From IMG/VR virus record IMGVR_UViG_3300043446_000566, positions 20,248 through 84,247 of that record: a stretch of DNA of 64,000 nucleotides. One strand, written 5' to 3'. Of the stretch, positions 41,212-50,527 are shown in pieces. The notes below the pieces were generated by a model that saw only the letters and a program-made list of their open reading frames with translations, was not told the origin of the DNA and did not search any database. The stretch's first letter is position 1, and each line of letters starts with the position of its first letter. Source of the stretch: a virus. The position numbers were made by a program, and so were the translations under genes.

Positions 41212-43149
41212 TTAGCAAGGCTGAGTACATGGATCAACTGTCTTAGCAGGCAGCAACGAATCTGGTGTACTGTCGATAGTAACGTCGCCGCTGCCTCCAG
41301 CAGTTTGCTGTTGTTCAAGCCCGTATGTATAATCATCACCGTCAAATTGATCTGCTGGAGAAGCAGCAGCAATTGTCGGCACAGCTACATTTGGACTATT
41401 GTAGTCATAGCCCTTGAATTCTTCATCGGCTGTGTCTAGCGTGTCGATGAAGTCAGACTGTGTAGCTGAACAGCCCTGTGTCAGAGGATCGACTTTGAGA
41501 ATCAGATTCAGATATTCGTCTGATGTATTGTCTGGATTCTCTGGATCATTGCCCTTCTTTTTCTTCGAGCAAGAAGCCTGGAACAGCTTCAATAGACCAG
41601 CCAGCAGACCCTTCACAGCGTTGATCGCCGCTAGATCTTGATTGATGCTGTCCATGATTTTGTTTTTGATCGCGTTGATTTCATTTGTTTTCTGGTTCAG
41701 CAGCGCGACCAGTTCTGAATCTGATAACGATCTGATTGCATCGTTTTGTAGATCGTCCAGTAGACCCTGAATTGTTCGTGTGACAGCATTCATATACTCT
41801 GGCTTTGTCAGAGATTGTGTCACATGAACTGGCGTCGCACACTCAATCGTTGCATACGTTCCGTCTGACTTCATGTAGCGAGTTGTCATTCCTTCAGTCA
41901 GATTCGAACCCATTGAGGTTGTCAGCTGATCAAGACCATCAAATGCTGCGAGAATGTCGCCAGGGCTATTTGAGGGCAGAATGCGCATGACAGGCGTTTC
42001 AGCTGTCACTTTGTACACGATCTCATTTGCTGTTGCGGCAATCGCATCGTCGATCACGATTTGTGTGTCTGTCACTGATACAACAAAGTATTCTTTTCCA
42101 GCGTAATAGATCTTGTTGTCGGCTACGAGTGAACTTGTAAATGTCGTGCCGTTTCCAGTAATCACATTATCCAAACAGACAGTGTTGCCTATATTTGGCG
42201 TCTTGATAGCAACTGTTAGATCTGACGAAGTAGCTGAATATGCCGTGTTGACAACAAATCCGACTTCTTTATACAGCGTAGCACTTGTATTAGAGTTTCT
42301 AAATGGCTGAGTGACAGTCAAAAAGTCGCCGAGCGAATTGATTGTATTGACCTGTTTGATCTCGCTGTTCACGTTGATGTACATACCAGGAGCAAGCGTT
42401 ATCGTAGAGCCTACTGCTAGCGGAACACTCGCAAGATTCAAAGTCGCGACTGAAGCTGTAGTGATCTTAGTGTTGTCTGTCAGAACGTCTACCGAAACAG
42501 ATCCAGCGCCAGCAGAGGTATACGTTTTGCCGACAATCAGTTTTTCTTGACTGTTGACAATAATTGTTGTGCCGACATTTGCTGCTGGATATACGGTTTT
42601 TGAAAGATTCGCAGTAGCTACATTTGTCGAGGCGATATTGACAGTCGCGCCACTGATCACGACATTTCCGTACAAAGCCTGAAGCGTCAGAACCTTGTCT
42701 TCAGTATTGACGCCAGAAAGTTCATTCGTGTGATTAGTAAATGACTGAGTAGCTTCGTAAAGCGTATTGCCGAGTGTCGACCATTGGCTGATAGGCATTC
42801 CAAGGAAGTTTGAATTCGCAGCGTCTTGTGCTTTACCGAGTACAGCAAGCAGATTATCTCTCGCAGTCGCTACAGTTCCTCCTTTAGCAAACAAGTCGGG
42901 AAGCGCGAGTTTCATATTCGCGAAATCGTTTTTTGTGAGATCGTCGAGTTTTTGTTTCACTGCTTCCAAAGTTTTTCTTTGGAAGTTCTCAAATTTCTCT
43001 TTCAGACCATCAAGAAACGATTTGCCTCTCTTGATATTGTCTTTGATTTTTGTTATGATATCTTTGAGCGCAGCAGGGGGGAAGCTAATCTTTCCGAAAG
43101 GAATAGGTGCCCCTGTAAATGTCATTGCGAGAGTCTGTAGAAGTGGCAA
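41212..43149 (-). CDS. Large hypothetical baseplate-region protein; true start may lie upstream (see findings)
   Basis: 645+ aa ORF between gp5 and gp25; helical ends and a beta-rich middle. Confidence 0.7.
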   Translation of the reverse strand: MPLLQTLAMTFTGAPIPFGKISFPPAALKDIITKIKDNIKRGKSFLDGLKEKFENFQRKTLEAVKQKLDDLTKNDFANMKLALPDLFAKGGTVATARDNLLAVLGKAQDAANSNFLGMPISQWSTLGNTLYEATQSFTNHTNELSGVNTEDKVLTLQALYGNVVISGATVNIASTNVATANLSKTVYPAANVGTTIIVNSQEKLIVGKTYTSAGAGSVSVDVLTDNTKITTASVATLNLASVPLAVGSTITLAPGMYINVNSEIKQVNTINSLGDFLTVTQPFRNSNTSATLYKEVGFVVNTAYSATSSDLTVAIKTPNIGNTVCLDNVITGNGTTFTSSLVADNKIYYAGKEYFVVSVTDTQIVIDDAIAATANEIVYKVTAETPVMRILPSNSPGDILAAFDGLDQLTTSMGSNLTEGMTTRYMKSDGTYATIECATPVHVTQSLTKPEYMNAVTRTIQGLLDDLQNDAIRSLSDSELVALLNQKTNEINAIKNKIMDSINQDLAAINAVKGLLAGLLKLFQASCSKKKKGNDPENPDNTSDEYLNLILKVDPLTQGCSATQSDFIDTLDTADEEFKGYDYNSPNVAVPTIAAASPADQFDGDDYTYGLEQQQTAGGSGDVTIDSTPDSLLPAKTVDPCTQPC

Positions 43150-43187
43150 GCCACCAATCAGACATAGAATCCACTTGATAATACTGC

Positions 43188-43352
43188 CTAGACCAATTGA
43201 GACACATACTCCTCTATATTAGGATATACCAACTTTATTGGATAATCCTGGCGCATCAGATATTCGTATTCTTTGAAATCAATCTTTTTGCCTTGATTGA
43301 TTTTAGCGATCAAACTCCATATTTTATTGATGTCATTCGCGTTAGTACACAT
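43188..43352 (-). CDS. Small hypothetical protein (54 aa)
   Basis: MCTNANDINKIWSLIAKINQGKKIDFKEYEYL...; ATG abuts the late promoter CTAAATA (43352-43358). Confidence 0.4.
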   Translation of the reverse strand: MCTNANDINKIWSLIAKINQGKKIDFKEYEYLMRQDYPIKLVYPNIEEYVSQLV

Positions 43353-43360
43353 ATTTAGTT

Positions 43361-44779
43361 TCACAGTTTAGGCTCAGAAGGCGCAGTGACTTCTTTCTTT
43401 TCAAGAAATGCCATAACGTCAGTCTTTTCTTTGACATTCGCTGGAGTAGTCTTGACCATCGTTGGCAGTTTAGTCGAAACTCTTTTCGCGACATCTGCAT
43501 TGCCTGCTGGCTTCGGATCAGAAGAAGTCGGAGGCAGAATGTTCGTGATCACACTATTCATTGTTGTCAGTAGTGTGCTGATCCAGAAATTAGGACCCGT
43601 GATCTTCACACCAGTTGATGCAGGATCTGTTGGCGGAACTGCTGTTGGATTTGGTGCACCAGAGATTGATGTCAGACCACCAGAGTCCAACGACACTCCA
43701 GAGCCACCATATCCGTTCAGTGTGCCTTGAGAACTCAGATCCAGCTTTCTCACACCAGAGATTTTAGCTTCTTTACCAGCATAGACGTTGAAATTATCAA
43801 GGGCTGTGATGTTGATGTTTTCACCCTTTAGATTCATGTCGCCACTAGAAATAATGTCGATTCCAGCACACTGAATCACTAGCTTGCCGTTGATTCGCAG
43901 AAACATATCAGACTGGACAGTAGTATCTTTCGTGCCATTGACATATTCTTTATGACTGCCCATCGTGATGTCGTATCTGTGGTTGAATGACTTTAGCTTC
44001 ACAGACGCTGAAGGCAGAAATTCAAGCGTCGAGCCTGTGCGATGTGAAAGCTGAACGCGCTCAAAGTTTCTAGTGTCATCAAGTTCTAGCGCATGACCTG
44101 ACTCTGTTTCAGTCACGTTGTTGAATGGATAGTTCGCATTGAAAGACGGAAACGGTTCACGCCACGAATATCCACCAGCGCTTTTGATTCCAACAATTCG
44201 ATTCTTTCTCTGAAAATCGATTGTCGTATTGGCAATTGATTCAGAACGAACGCCAAGAGAACTGCCATCATTGCCCTCAATGCGATCTGGACGCGCTAGC
44301 TTAGAGATCGATGGGATGTTTAGATCAGCTGGATTGCGCTTTGGCACATCAGCCTGAATCGTTGGTCCACTTGCGTTGATGTTGACGAGCGAATCTTTCA
44401 GGCGTTTTGGAAAGAACGGATGCGACGCTTTCTGTGCGTCTGTATATGGATCTGTGAATCCTGTCTGTGGCTCACGGATCTCTTCTGGAATGCCTGGAAC
44501 TGTGCCGAGAAGAATAGGAAAGCGCCCGTCTTTGCCATCAGCAAAGAATCCAAAGACCATCGTGCCTTCAATCGGTGGCTTGACAATCGGCGTGCCAAAA
44601 GGCAGAACAGGATGCGCCCACGGCAGATCCGCAGTCGGGATCTGTGTTGTATCTTCTGTGTGCCAGCCAAAGCAGCGAACCTGGCAGCGCCCCATTTCTA
44701 GCGGGTCAAGTCTGTTTTCAACAACTCCAAACCACCAGTAGAAGTTGTTCAACCCCATGAAGTCTTGATCGTTCGTCAT
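43361..44779 (-). CDS. gp5: Baseplate hub spike protein gp5 (OB fold plus beta-helix, no lysozyme domain)
   Basis: WWFGVVENRLDPLEMGRCQVRCFGWH, LPWA, VFGFFADG, YPFNNVTETESGHALELDDT. Confidence 0.92.
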   Translation of the reverse strand: MTNDQDFMGLNNFYWWFGVVENRLDPLEMGRCQVRCFGWHTEDTTQIPTADLPWAHPVLPFGTPIVKPPIEGTMVFGFFADGKDGRFPILLGTVPGIPEEIREPQTGFTDPYTDAQKASHPFFPKRLKDSLVNINASGPTIQADVPKRNPADLNIPSISKLARPDRIEGNDGSSLGVRSESIANTTIDFQRKNRIVGIKSAGGYSWREPFPSFNANYPFNNVTETESGHALELDDTRNFERVQLSHRTGSTLEFLPSASVKLKSFNHRYDITMGSHKEYVNGTKDTTVQSDMFLRINGKLVIQCAGIDIISSGDMNLKGENINITALDNFNVYAGKEAKISGVRKLDLSSQGTLNGYGGSGVSLDSGGLTSISGAPNPTAVPPTDPASTGVKITGPNFWISTLLTTMNSVITNILPPTSSDPKPAGNADVAKRVSTKLPTMVKTTPANVKEKTDVMAFLEKKEVTAPSEPKL

Positions 44780-46113
44780 AAATCTCGCGCCTTCACATAT
44801 TCTTTATTCGCAATAACAACTCTATCTAGTGAAGATGCTAGTGAGTTCTTAGCCAGATTCAGAATCGTCTGATGACCACCAGATGGCGTGATCACATGTC
44901 TTGTGTTTGTAATCAGATACTTTCCAGAGTAGTACGGATCAATCGTTCTTTCAGCCTGTGTGCTTCGAGTGAATGCTGGCATATCCATATTGACAACGCG
45001 CCCAACTGTAAACAGAATATTACCAGGAACAATGCATTCGATTTTAGTATTTTTCAATAGATTGAGTTGACTTTTTCTTTGCAGTAAAGTGTTTTCTACG
45101 TTAGTGTCTGTGACTCTATATGCTTTTGATAACAGGTAAGGTGCGTTAGACTGGTCGTGATTCGTCATTGAATAGTTAATATGAGAATCGTATTCAGTAA
45201 AAATAGCCTTGTTGTTTCTGTTGGGCGCGTTGTTGATAGGAAAGTTTGCTCCGTCAATAAAATGGACTTTGTTCATCTTGCTAGCAGAATATGGCTTCTC
45301 TACATACTTCTGACGCAGAATGTCCAGAGTATATAGTTTGCCAGAGTATGTCATGTTCTTTGAAGTTTCCATCATATCAAAGCTGTTCGTAAATCTGAAA
45401 TTGCTGATCTTGTTTGCGTTTTGATAAGCAGCAGTCGTTTCATCTTCTGTGAGTTTTGCGTTGCTATACTGAAGCGTGATCAGCGGATCACTTCTCACAA
45501 GCGAAGTCAGCGGAAGAAAGTTGAATCCATCCACATTCTCAAAGAACAAAAACGTTGATTCGTTGTGGTCAAAAGCATTTTCAGCAAAATATTGGATCGC
45601 GTCTAGAGGCGACATTCTAGGAATAATCACATCTTGAATACCGATGCTGTTCTCGAATGCGCCGATTCTGTTGGTGTTGATTCTCAAATTACCAGTACAG
45701 ATCGATCTCACATATTCAGTGATGACTTTGCCTTTGAACGACTTTGAGATGCTTTGCGAGTTTGAGAAAATCAATTCTTCAGAGCAGAAATGCAGCACAT
45801 AAGTCTGACCCTGCGATTCGCCGGGCTTTTTGTCAGACGCTTTGTAGATTCTGAATGATCGTTTGTATTTGTCGTCAGTATTTGGGCGATTGAACGATAC
45901 AAATATGAACTCGTTGCCGTGCAGTTCTAGCTGCGCATACATGCCAGCAGCATCGACAATCTGAATCGTGCCTGTCACAACAGAAGAAAAGATGTCCTCA
46001 TAGATGTTCAAGACGTTGAACATCTGCGAAACGTCAAATACCTTGCCGCCCGAAGTCACAATCGTGATCGAGTTGACTGATACATCGCGTGTTGATGAAT
46101 TCTTATTAGCCAT
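44776..46113 (-). CDS. Baseplate hub protein (gp27-like)
   Basis: IYEDIFSSVVTG, FLFFENVDGFNF, PYYSGKYLITNTRH; lies between gp53 and gp5. Confidence 0.7.
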   Translation of the reverse strand: MANKNSSTRDVSVNSITIVTSGGKVFDVSQMFNVLNIYEDIFSSVVTGTIQIVDAAGMYAQLELHGNEFIFVSFNRPNTDDKYKRSFRIYKASDKKPGESQGQTYVLHFCSEELIFSNSQSISKSFKGKVITEYVRSICTGNLRINTNRIGAFENSIGIQDVIIPRMSPLDAIQYFAENAFDHNESTFLFFENVDGFNFLPLTSLVRSDPLITLQYSNAKLTEDETTAAYQNANKISNFRFTNSFDMMETSKNMTYSGKLYTLDILRQKYVEKPYSASKMNKVHFIDGANFPINNAPNRNNKAIFTEYDSHINYSMTNHDQSNAPYLLSKAYRVTDTNVENTLLQRKSQLNLLKNTKIECIVPGNILFTVGRVVNMDMPAFTRSTQAERTIDPYYSGKYLITNTRHVITPSGGHQTILNLAKNSLASSLDRVVIANKEYVKARDL

Positions 46114-46789
46114 TTAGGACAGAGTTGAGTTCGCCGCTCATTGCCTCGACATATTGCTTCTTCAGCAGCTTGATCTCGCGTTTAGCCTCATTCTGTGCGA
46201 CTTCATAATCGTACACATAGACAGGCTTGTATGTTGACTTGACAGAAAGCGTCGAGGTCACTGCGCTGTTTGCATTCGAGTTATTTGCTCTGAATACTGT
46301 GTTTGCATATGTCGGTGTATTGATAATGTTTGTTGTCAGCGTATTAGACGCATAGCTATACTGTTGCAAGGTAACAACATGTTTCTCGGTCGTTACTGTC
46401 GTTGCGCCTGCGGCTTCAGCTAGAGTATTTTCGACTTCTAGTTCGTAGTGGTGAATGTTTGCATATGCTTGCGCAATTGAAGTGTAGTTATAGTCTTTGA
46501 GAATCTTGCGCTCTAGAGCGTCCATCGGCAGCGGGAAATCAAACTGCGGATCAGTCAGCCCGTTCACAAAGCATATGATCCAGTGCAGCGTAGGATCACC
46601 ATATTGCTGATAGGCAACTATCTCGGGTGTATCGCCTTCTTGCAATTGATACTTGTAGAACGCATAGACGTTGGCTAGAACTTCTTCTTTGATCTTGAAG
46701 CGAGAGAAGATATTCGCAACAGCCTTTGGACTGTCGTTCTTCAGGTCAAATGCGTAAAGGATTTTTGGTAATGCGCTAAAATATTGCAT
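46106..46789 (-). CDS. gp53: Baseplate wedge protein
   Basis: QYFSALP, EGDTPEIVAYQQYGDPTLHWII, NEAKREIKLLK. Confidence 0.92.
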   Translation of the reverse strand: MQYFSALPKILYAFDLKNDSPKAVANIFSRFKIKEEVLANVYAFYKYQLQEGDTPEIVAYQQYGDPTLHWIICFVNGLTDPQFDFPLPMDALERKILKDYNYTSIAQAYANIHHYELEVENTLAEAAGATTVTTEKHVVTLQQYSYASNTLTTNIINTPTYANTVFRANNSNANSAVTSTLSVKSTYKPVYVYDYEVAQNEAKREIKLLKKQYVEAMSGELNSVLNG

Positions 46790-47805
46790 TAGTAACCCTC
46801 GTCTACGGCTTTCTTGTCGATGATTGCTGTTTCTCTAAAAATCAAAGACATTCTCGTTTCTACTGGCGCGCCATCACGATGCGAAGCGTAGCCATTCGGC
46901 GCGTAATCTAATGTGATGTTTTCGAGAACGCATTGTTTTGTCTTGAACAGATAGTTATTTGGTTCATCGTGATGATAAAATTCAATTTCGAATCGAGAAG
47001 GAGGAATAAAGTATCTGCCTGTTGATCCAGCAGGAATCTCAGGTGCAGAATAATATTTGAATTGTCGGATTATTTGCTTGATAATAACTGCTTCAGTCTC
47101 ATTTCTAGGCACTAGTCTGAAGTCAAATGTAAATGTTCTAAGTGATGGCGAATTGTAAAGCACCTCAAGTTGAGGGTTGATAGTTTTACCTGTTGTGCCA
47201 AACACCAGCAGATTGGTCAATTCTTGACTAGACTGGAGACCTGGAATCGAGCCAGCAACTTTTGAAGCTGCTTCCATGATAAACGGGTCGATTGCGCCAG
47301 TGCCGCCACTTTTGCCAACTAATGCCTGAGCAAACATTCCTGCACCACCCAAAACAGCTGTCAGCGAAACAGCATCATATTGTTGCTCATAAGAGGTAGT
47401 AACACCCTCGGGCATGAATAGTGCAATCGCTAACGCAAATTGCTCTGTATTTCGGCTCAGTGAGAAGTTTTTGAAACTTTCTTTTGCTCTGCCAACGATG
47501 TCTTTTTCGCCAAGTATCATATCTCCTGCTTTATTGATTGCATCTGTTGCCGTATTTGCAGCAGCACCAGCAAGACCCAATGTTGCATCATTCACAAGTT
47601 GTGCAGCCGCTGCTCCTTTTTGTCCCAGAATTGCGGTACCTGCGTATAAACTAGTTTCGGTAGGATTGGTTGCAGCTGTAGAGCCAATCGTCTGCGTTTC
47701 AAAAATTTTGAATAGGATGTATGGAAGATTTTCTTGCAAATTTGCAGGGAATTTTAGAATACCCAACTGGCTTTTATCTATTGTTTTTCCAATTACCCTT
47801 GGCAT
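46789..47805 (-). CDS. gp48: Baseplate tail-tube cap
   Basis: IALFMPE, INPQLEVLYNSPSLRTFTFDFRLVPRNETE, CVLENITLDYAPNG. Confidence 0.88.
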   Translation of the reverse strand: MPRVIGKTIDKSQLGILKFPANLQENLPYILFKIFETQTIGSTAATNPTETSLYAGTAILGQKGAAAAQLVNDATLGLAGAAANTATDAINKAGDMILGEKDIVGRAKESFKNFSLSRNTEQFALAIALFMPEGVTTSYEQQYDAVSLTAVLGGAGMFAQALVGKSGGTGAIDPFIMEAASKVAGSIPGLQSSQELTNLLVFGTTGKTINPQLEVLYNSPSLRTFTFDFRLVPRNETEAVIIKQIIRQFKYYSAPEIPAGSTGRYFIPPSRFEIEFYHHDEPNNYLFKTKQCVLENITLDYAPNGYASHRDGAPVETRMSLIFRETAIIDKKAVDEGY

Positions 47806-47818
47806 CTAAAGACTCTCG

Positions 47819-47879
47819 CTAAATAGTTGCATGGCTTACTCTGGTAAATTTGTTCCTAAGAACTCTAATAAATATTTAG
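47819..47879. promoter_or_regulatory. Overlapping divergent late promoters: plus CTAAATA 47819-47825 for gp4, minus CTAAATA 47873-47879 for gp48
   Basis: Late motif on both strands at the strand switch. Confidence 0.6.
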
Positions 47880-48265
47880 GTGATCCTACGAAGATCTTTT
47901 ACAGGTCTCTGTGGGAACGTCGGGTTATGGTATATTTAGATGAGAATACCACTGTCGTCGAATGGTCGAGTGAAGAGATCGTTATTCCTTATTTATCGCC
48001 GCTAGACAACAGAGTTCACAGATATTTTCCAGACTTTTTTGTGAGAGTTCGCAACAAAGACGGATCAATCGAAGAGGTCATTCTAGAGGTAAAGCCAGCA
48101 GCGCAGACGGTTCCTCCAAAAGTCGCAAAGCGTGTGACTCGAAAAGTCATTCAGGAAGTCATGACTTACGGTGTGAACGAGGCAAAGTGGAAAGCTGCCG
48201 TTGAGTATTGCAAAGATCGTAACTGGAAGTTCAAGTTAGTCACCGAGAAAGAACTAGGAATATAA
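47831..48265 (+). CDS. gp4: Head completion protein (TnsA-like nuclease fold)
   Basis: KYLGDP..IFYRSLWE, WSSEEIVIPY, HRYFPDF, VNEAKWKAA. Confidence 0.95.
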   Translation: MAYSGKFVPKNSNKYLGDPTKIFYRSLWERRVMVYLDENTTVVEWSSEEIVIPYLSPLDNRVHRYFPDFFVRVRNKDGSIEEVILEVKPAAQTVPPKVAKRVTRKVIQEVMTYGVNEAKWKAAVEYCKDRNWKFKLVTEKELGI

Positions 48266-48813
48266 TGCCATCATTGTTTGACAAGTTGGGCAAAGAGATG
48301 AACGCTATTGGGATCAAACCCAGAACAGCAGCAGCCCGTTCTTGGCTAGGATCAAAGCTGTCTCGCTTCACGCTGTCGACCAACAGAAGTGCGGTTCTAA
48401 ACGACGCGAGTAGAATCTCAGCCCGCGCTTTTATTGGTAAGATGTATCTGTTTCACTATGATCCGAAATACAAAGACACGCTGCCAGTCTGGGACAAGTT
48501 CCCGCTGGTGATTCCTATGGATGTCTACGATGACAGTTTTCTCGGTATGAACCTGCATTATCTGGATCCATACAGTCGCCTAGCCCTTCTGGATCAGCTT
48601 CACGATTTCATAAACAACGATAAATATGATGACACTACGGTTTTTCGTTTGTCGTATTCATTGCTACAAAAATCTAGATCGTTCTCACTTGTACAGCCAT
48701 GCATAAAGCGATATCTATTTGAGCATGTGATGTCGTCGATGATCTATGTAGAGCCAGATAGTTGGGAAACTGCTATCTTTTTACCAGTACAGAAAATGGT
48801 GTATAACCGATAA
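48265..48813 (+). CDS. gp2: DNA end protector protein
   Basis: GKMYLFHYDPKYKDTLPVWDKFPLV, GMNLHYL, CIKRYL. Confidence 0.93.
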   Translation: MPSLFDKLGKEMNAIGIKPRTAAARSWLGSKLSRFTLSTNRSAVLNDASRISARAFIGKMYLFHYDPKYKDTLPVWDKFPLVIPMDVYDDSFLGMNLHYLDPYSRLALLDQLHDFINNDKYDDTTVFRLSYSLLQKSRSFSLVQPCIKRYLFEHVMSSMIYVEPDSWETAIFLPVQKMVYNR

Positions 48814-49535
48814 TGGAAGAACTAACAGTACCAGGCTCCAGAACGCAATCTGTTGGATCACTCCAGCAGTTCATGGGACAGGATTTTCTGAGGTCTTCTC
48901 AGTTTCTGTTTTTATTACCTCGTGTACCTGAATATCTAGAGACGGACAGTACAAAGGTATTTTCATATCTATGCGAATCGGTAGAATTTCCAGGGACTGT
49001 CGTTCAAGCGATAGACTATAAAATCCCGGGCACCAACAAAATCAAAGTGCCGTACTCTAGAGATCTAAACGAAATCACTTTGACATTTCTTCACAACATA
49101 GAAACACCTGTGTATAAATTTTTCAGCGGATGGATCGAGTCTTCATTTGGTCGTAACAACCCTACAACTGAGAATCTCTATTATGATGATTGTGTAGTGG
49201 ACATGCAACTCATACAATTCACCGATGTTCAAAGAAACTCTTCAAAGTTTTTAGGTGGATTGTCATCACTGATCAATGATGTCGATCTTCTCAATAAGAG
49301 TTTTCTAGACTCGTCGAATCTCTTTAGAGCAACTACAGTTGCTCAGAAATTCGTCAATAGAGTGAACTCTACGCAGAACTTTGGCGAACAGCCAAGAGAC
49401 AGATATTACACGATCAAATTCAAGAATGCTTACCCTGTGAGCGTCGCGAATATGCCTTCTAACTGGTCAGATGATGGATATCATCGAGTGACTGTAAACT
49501 GGGCATATGAATCATTCAATATTATTTTATCATAA
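48813..49535 (+). CDS. Tail-tube-like baseplate protein (gp54-like)
   Basis: CESVEFPG, YTIKFKNAYPVSV, VTVNWAY tube-fold motifs; synteny. Confidence 0.65.
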   Translation: MEELTVPGSRTQSVGSLQQFMGQDFLRSSQFLFLLPRVPEYLETDSTKVFSYLCESVEFPGTVVQAIDYKIPGTNKIKVPYSRDLNEITLTFLHNIETPVYKFFSGWIESSFGRNNPTTENLYYDDCVVDMQLIQFTDVQRNSSKFLGGLSSLINDVDLLNKSFLDSSNLFRATTVAQKFVNRVNSTQNFGEQPRDRYYTIKFKNAYPVSVANMPSNWSDDGYHRVTVNWAYESFNIILS

Positions 49536-49544
49536 GAGAGATCT

Positions 49545-50300
49545 ATGGCTTTACCTAAAATTGATTTGCCGATTTTTGAATTGAAGTTAGTATCTGTATC
49601 TAATCCAGTCAAGTTCAGACCATTTCTTGTAAAAGAAGAAAAGCTGCTTTTGATGGCGTTGCAATCTGAAGATGAAGATACTATTCTAAAGACGATCAAG
49701 CAAGTGATCAACAACTGTCTTGTGGATGAGATTGACATCGACAAGATTCCTATCTTTGACATCGAGTATCTGTTTTTGAATCTCAGAGCAAGATCTGTCG
49801 GCGAGAAGATTGAAACATATTTCATCTGCCGAAACATTGTCGGCAAGACTCAGAATGAAGAAGGCGTTGAAGAAGATGTGACTTGTATGCATATGATGCC
49901 TGTCGAGGTCAATCTTCTTGACATCAAGCCGCCTATTTCTGATCTACCATCAAAAATCTACATCACGAAAAATGTGGGCATACAACTCAATTTTCCAAAT
50001 CTAAAGTCATTCAAGTCTATTCAGCGTCTAGTTCTATCAGACGATAACGAAGATGTGTTTGATATGATCTATAATTGTACAGACTATATCTTTGACGAAA
50101 ACGAAATGTACTACGCAAAAGAATCTTCTAAAGAAGAGTTTTATGCGTTTCTAGATAGTCTGACGCAAGAACAGTTTGACAAGATCACTGGATTTTTTGA
50201 GCAGCTGCCTACAATCAAGCACAGTCTTGATCACAAATGCCAGAAGTGCGGATTTGATCATAATCTAAACATGGAGGGACTCAACGATTTTTTTACCTAA
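49545..50300 (+). CDS. gp26: Baseplate hub assembly chaperone
   Basis: MALPKIDLP, FRPFLVKEEKLLLMA, FDIEYLFLNLRARSVGE, C-x2-C near the end, EGLNDFF. Confidence 0.9.
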   Translation: MALPKIDLPIFELKLVSVSNPVKFRPFLVKEEKLLLMALQSEDEDTILKTIKQVINNCLVDEIDIDKIPIFDIEYLFLNLRARSVGEKIETYFICRNIVGKTQNEEGVEEDVTCMHMMPVEVNLLDIKPPISDLPSKIYITKNVGIQLNFPNLKSFKSIQRLVLSDDNEDVFDMIYNCTDYIFDENEMYYAKESSKEEFYAFLDSLTQEQFDKITGFFEQLPTIKHSLDHKCQKCGFDHNLNMEGLNDFFT

Positions 50301-50338
50301 CCTTTCGTGATGGTTCGCTGAAAGCATATTATAACAAC

Positions 50339-50527
50339 ATGTTTACACTCACACATCAGTACAAGTATACTTTGACTGAACTTGAAAACATGATACCGTA
50401 TGAGCGTGATATGTACATCGGCATGGTGAACAACTGGGTAAAGGAAGAGACTGAGAAACTCAAGCAAAAGAATCTAGAAAAACAACAACAGATTTCAAAA
50501 ATAGCCAGAGCAGCAAAGAGAAAGTAA
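50339..50527 (+). CDS. gp51: gp51-like hub assembly protein, probably reached by a -1 frameshift from gp26
   Basis: KYTLTELENMIPYERDMYI; frame is open back to 50264; no SD before the ATG. Confidence 0.8.
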   Translation: MFTLTHQYKYTLTELENMIPYERDMYIGMVNNWVKEETEKLKQKNLEKQQQISKIARAAKRK

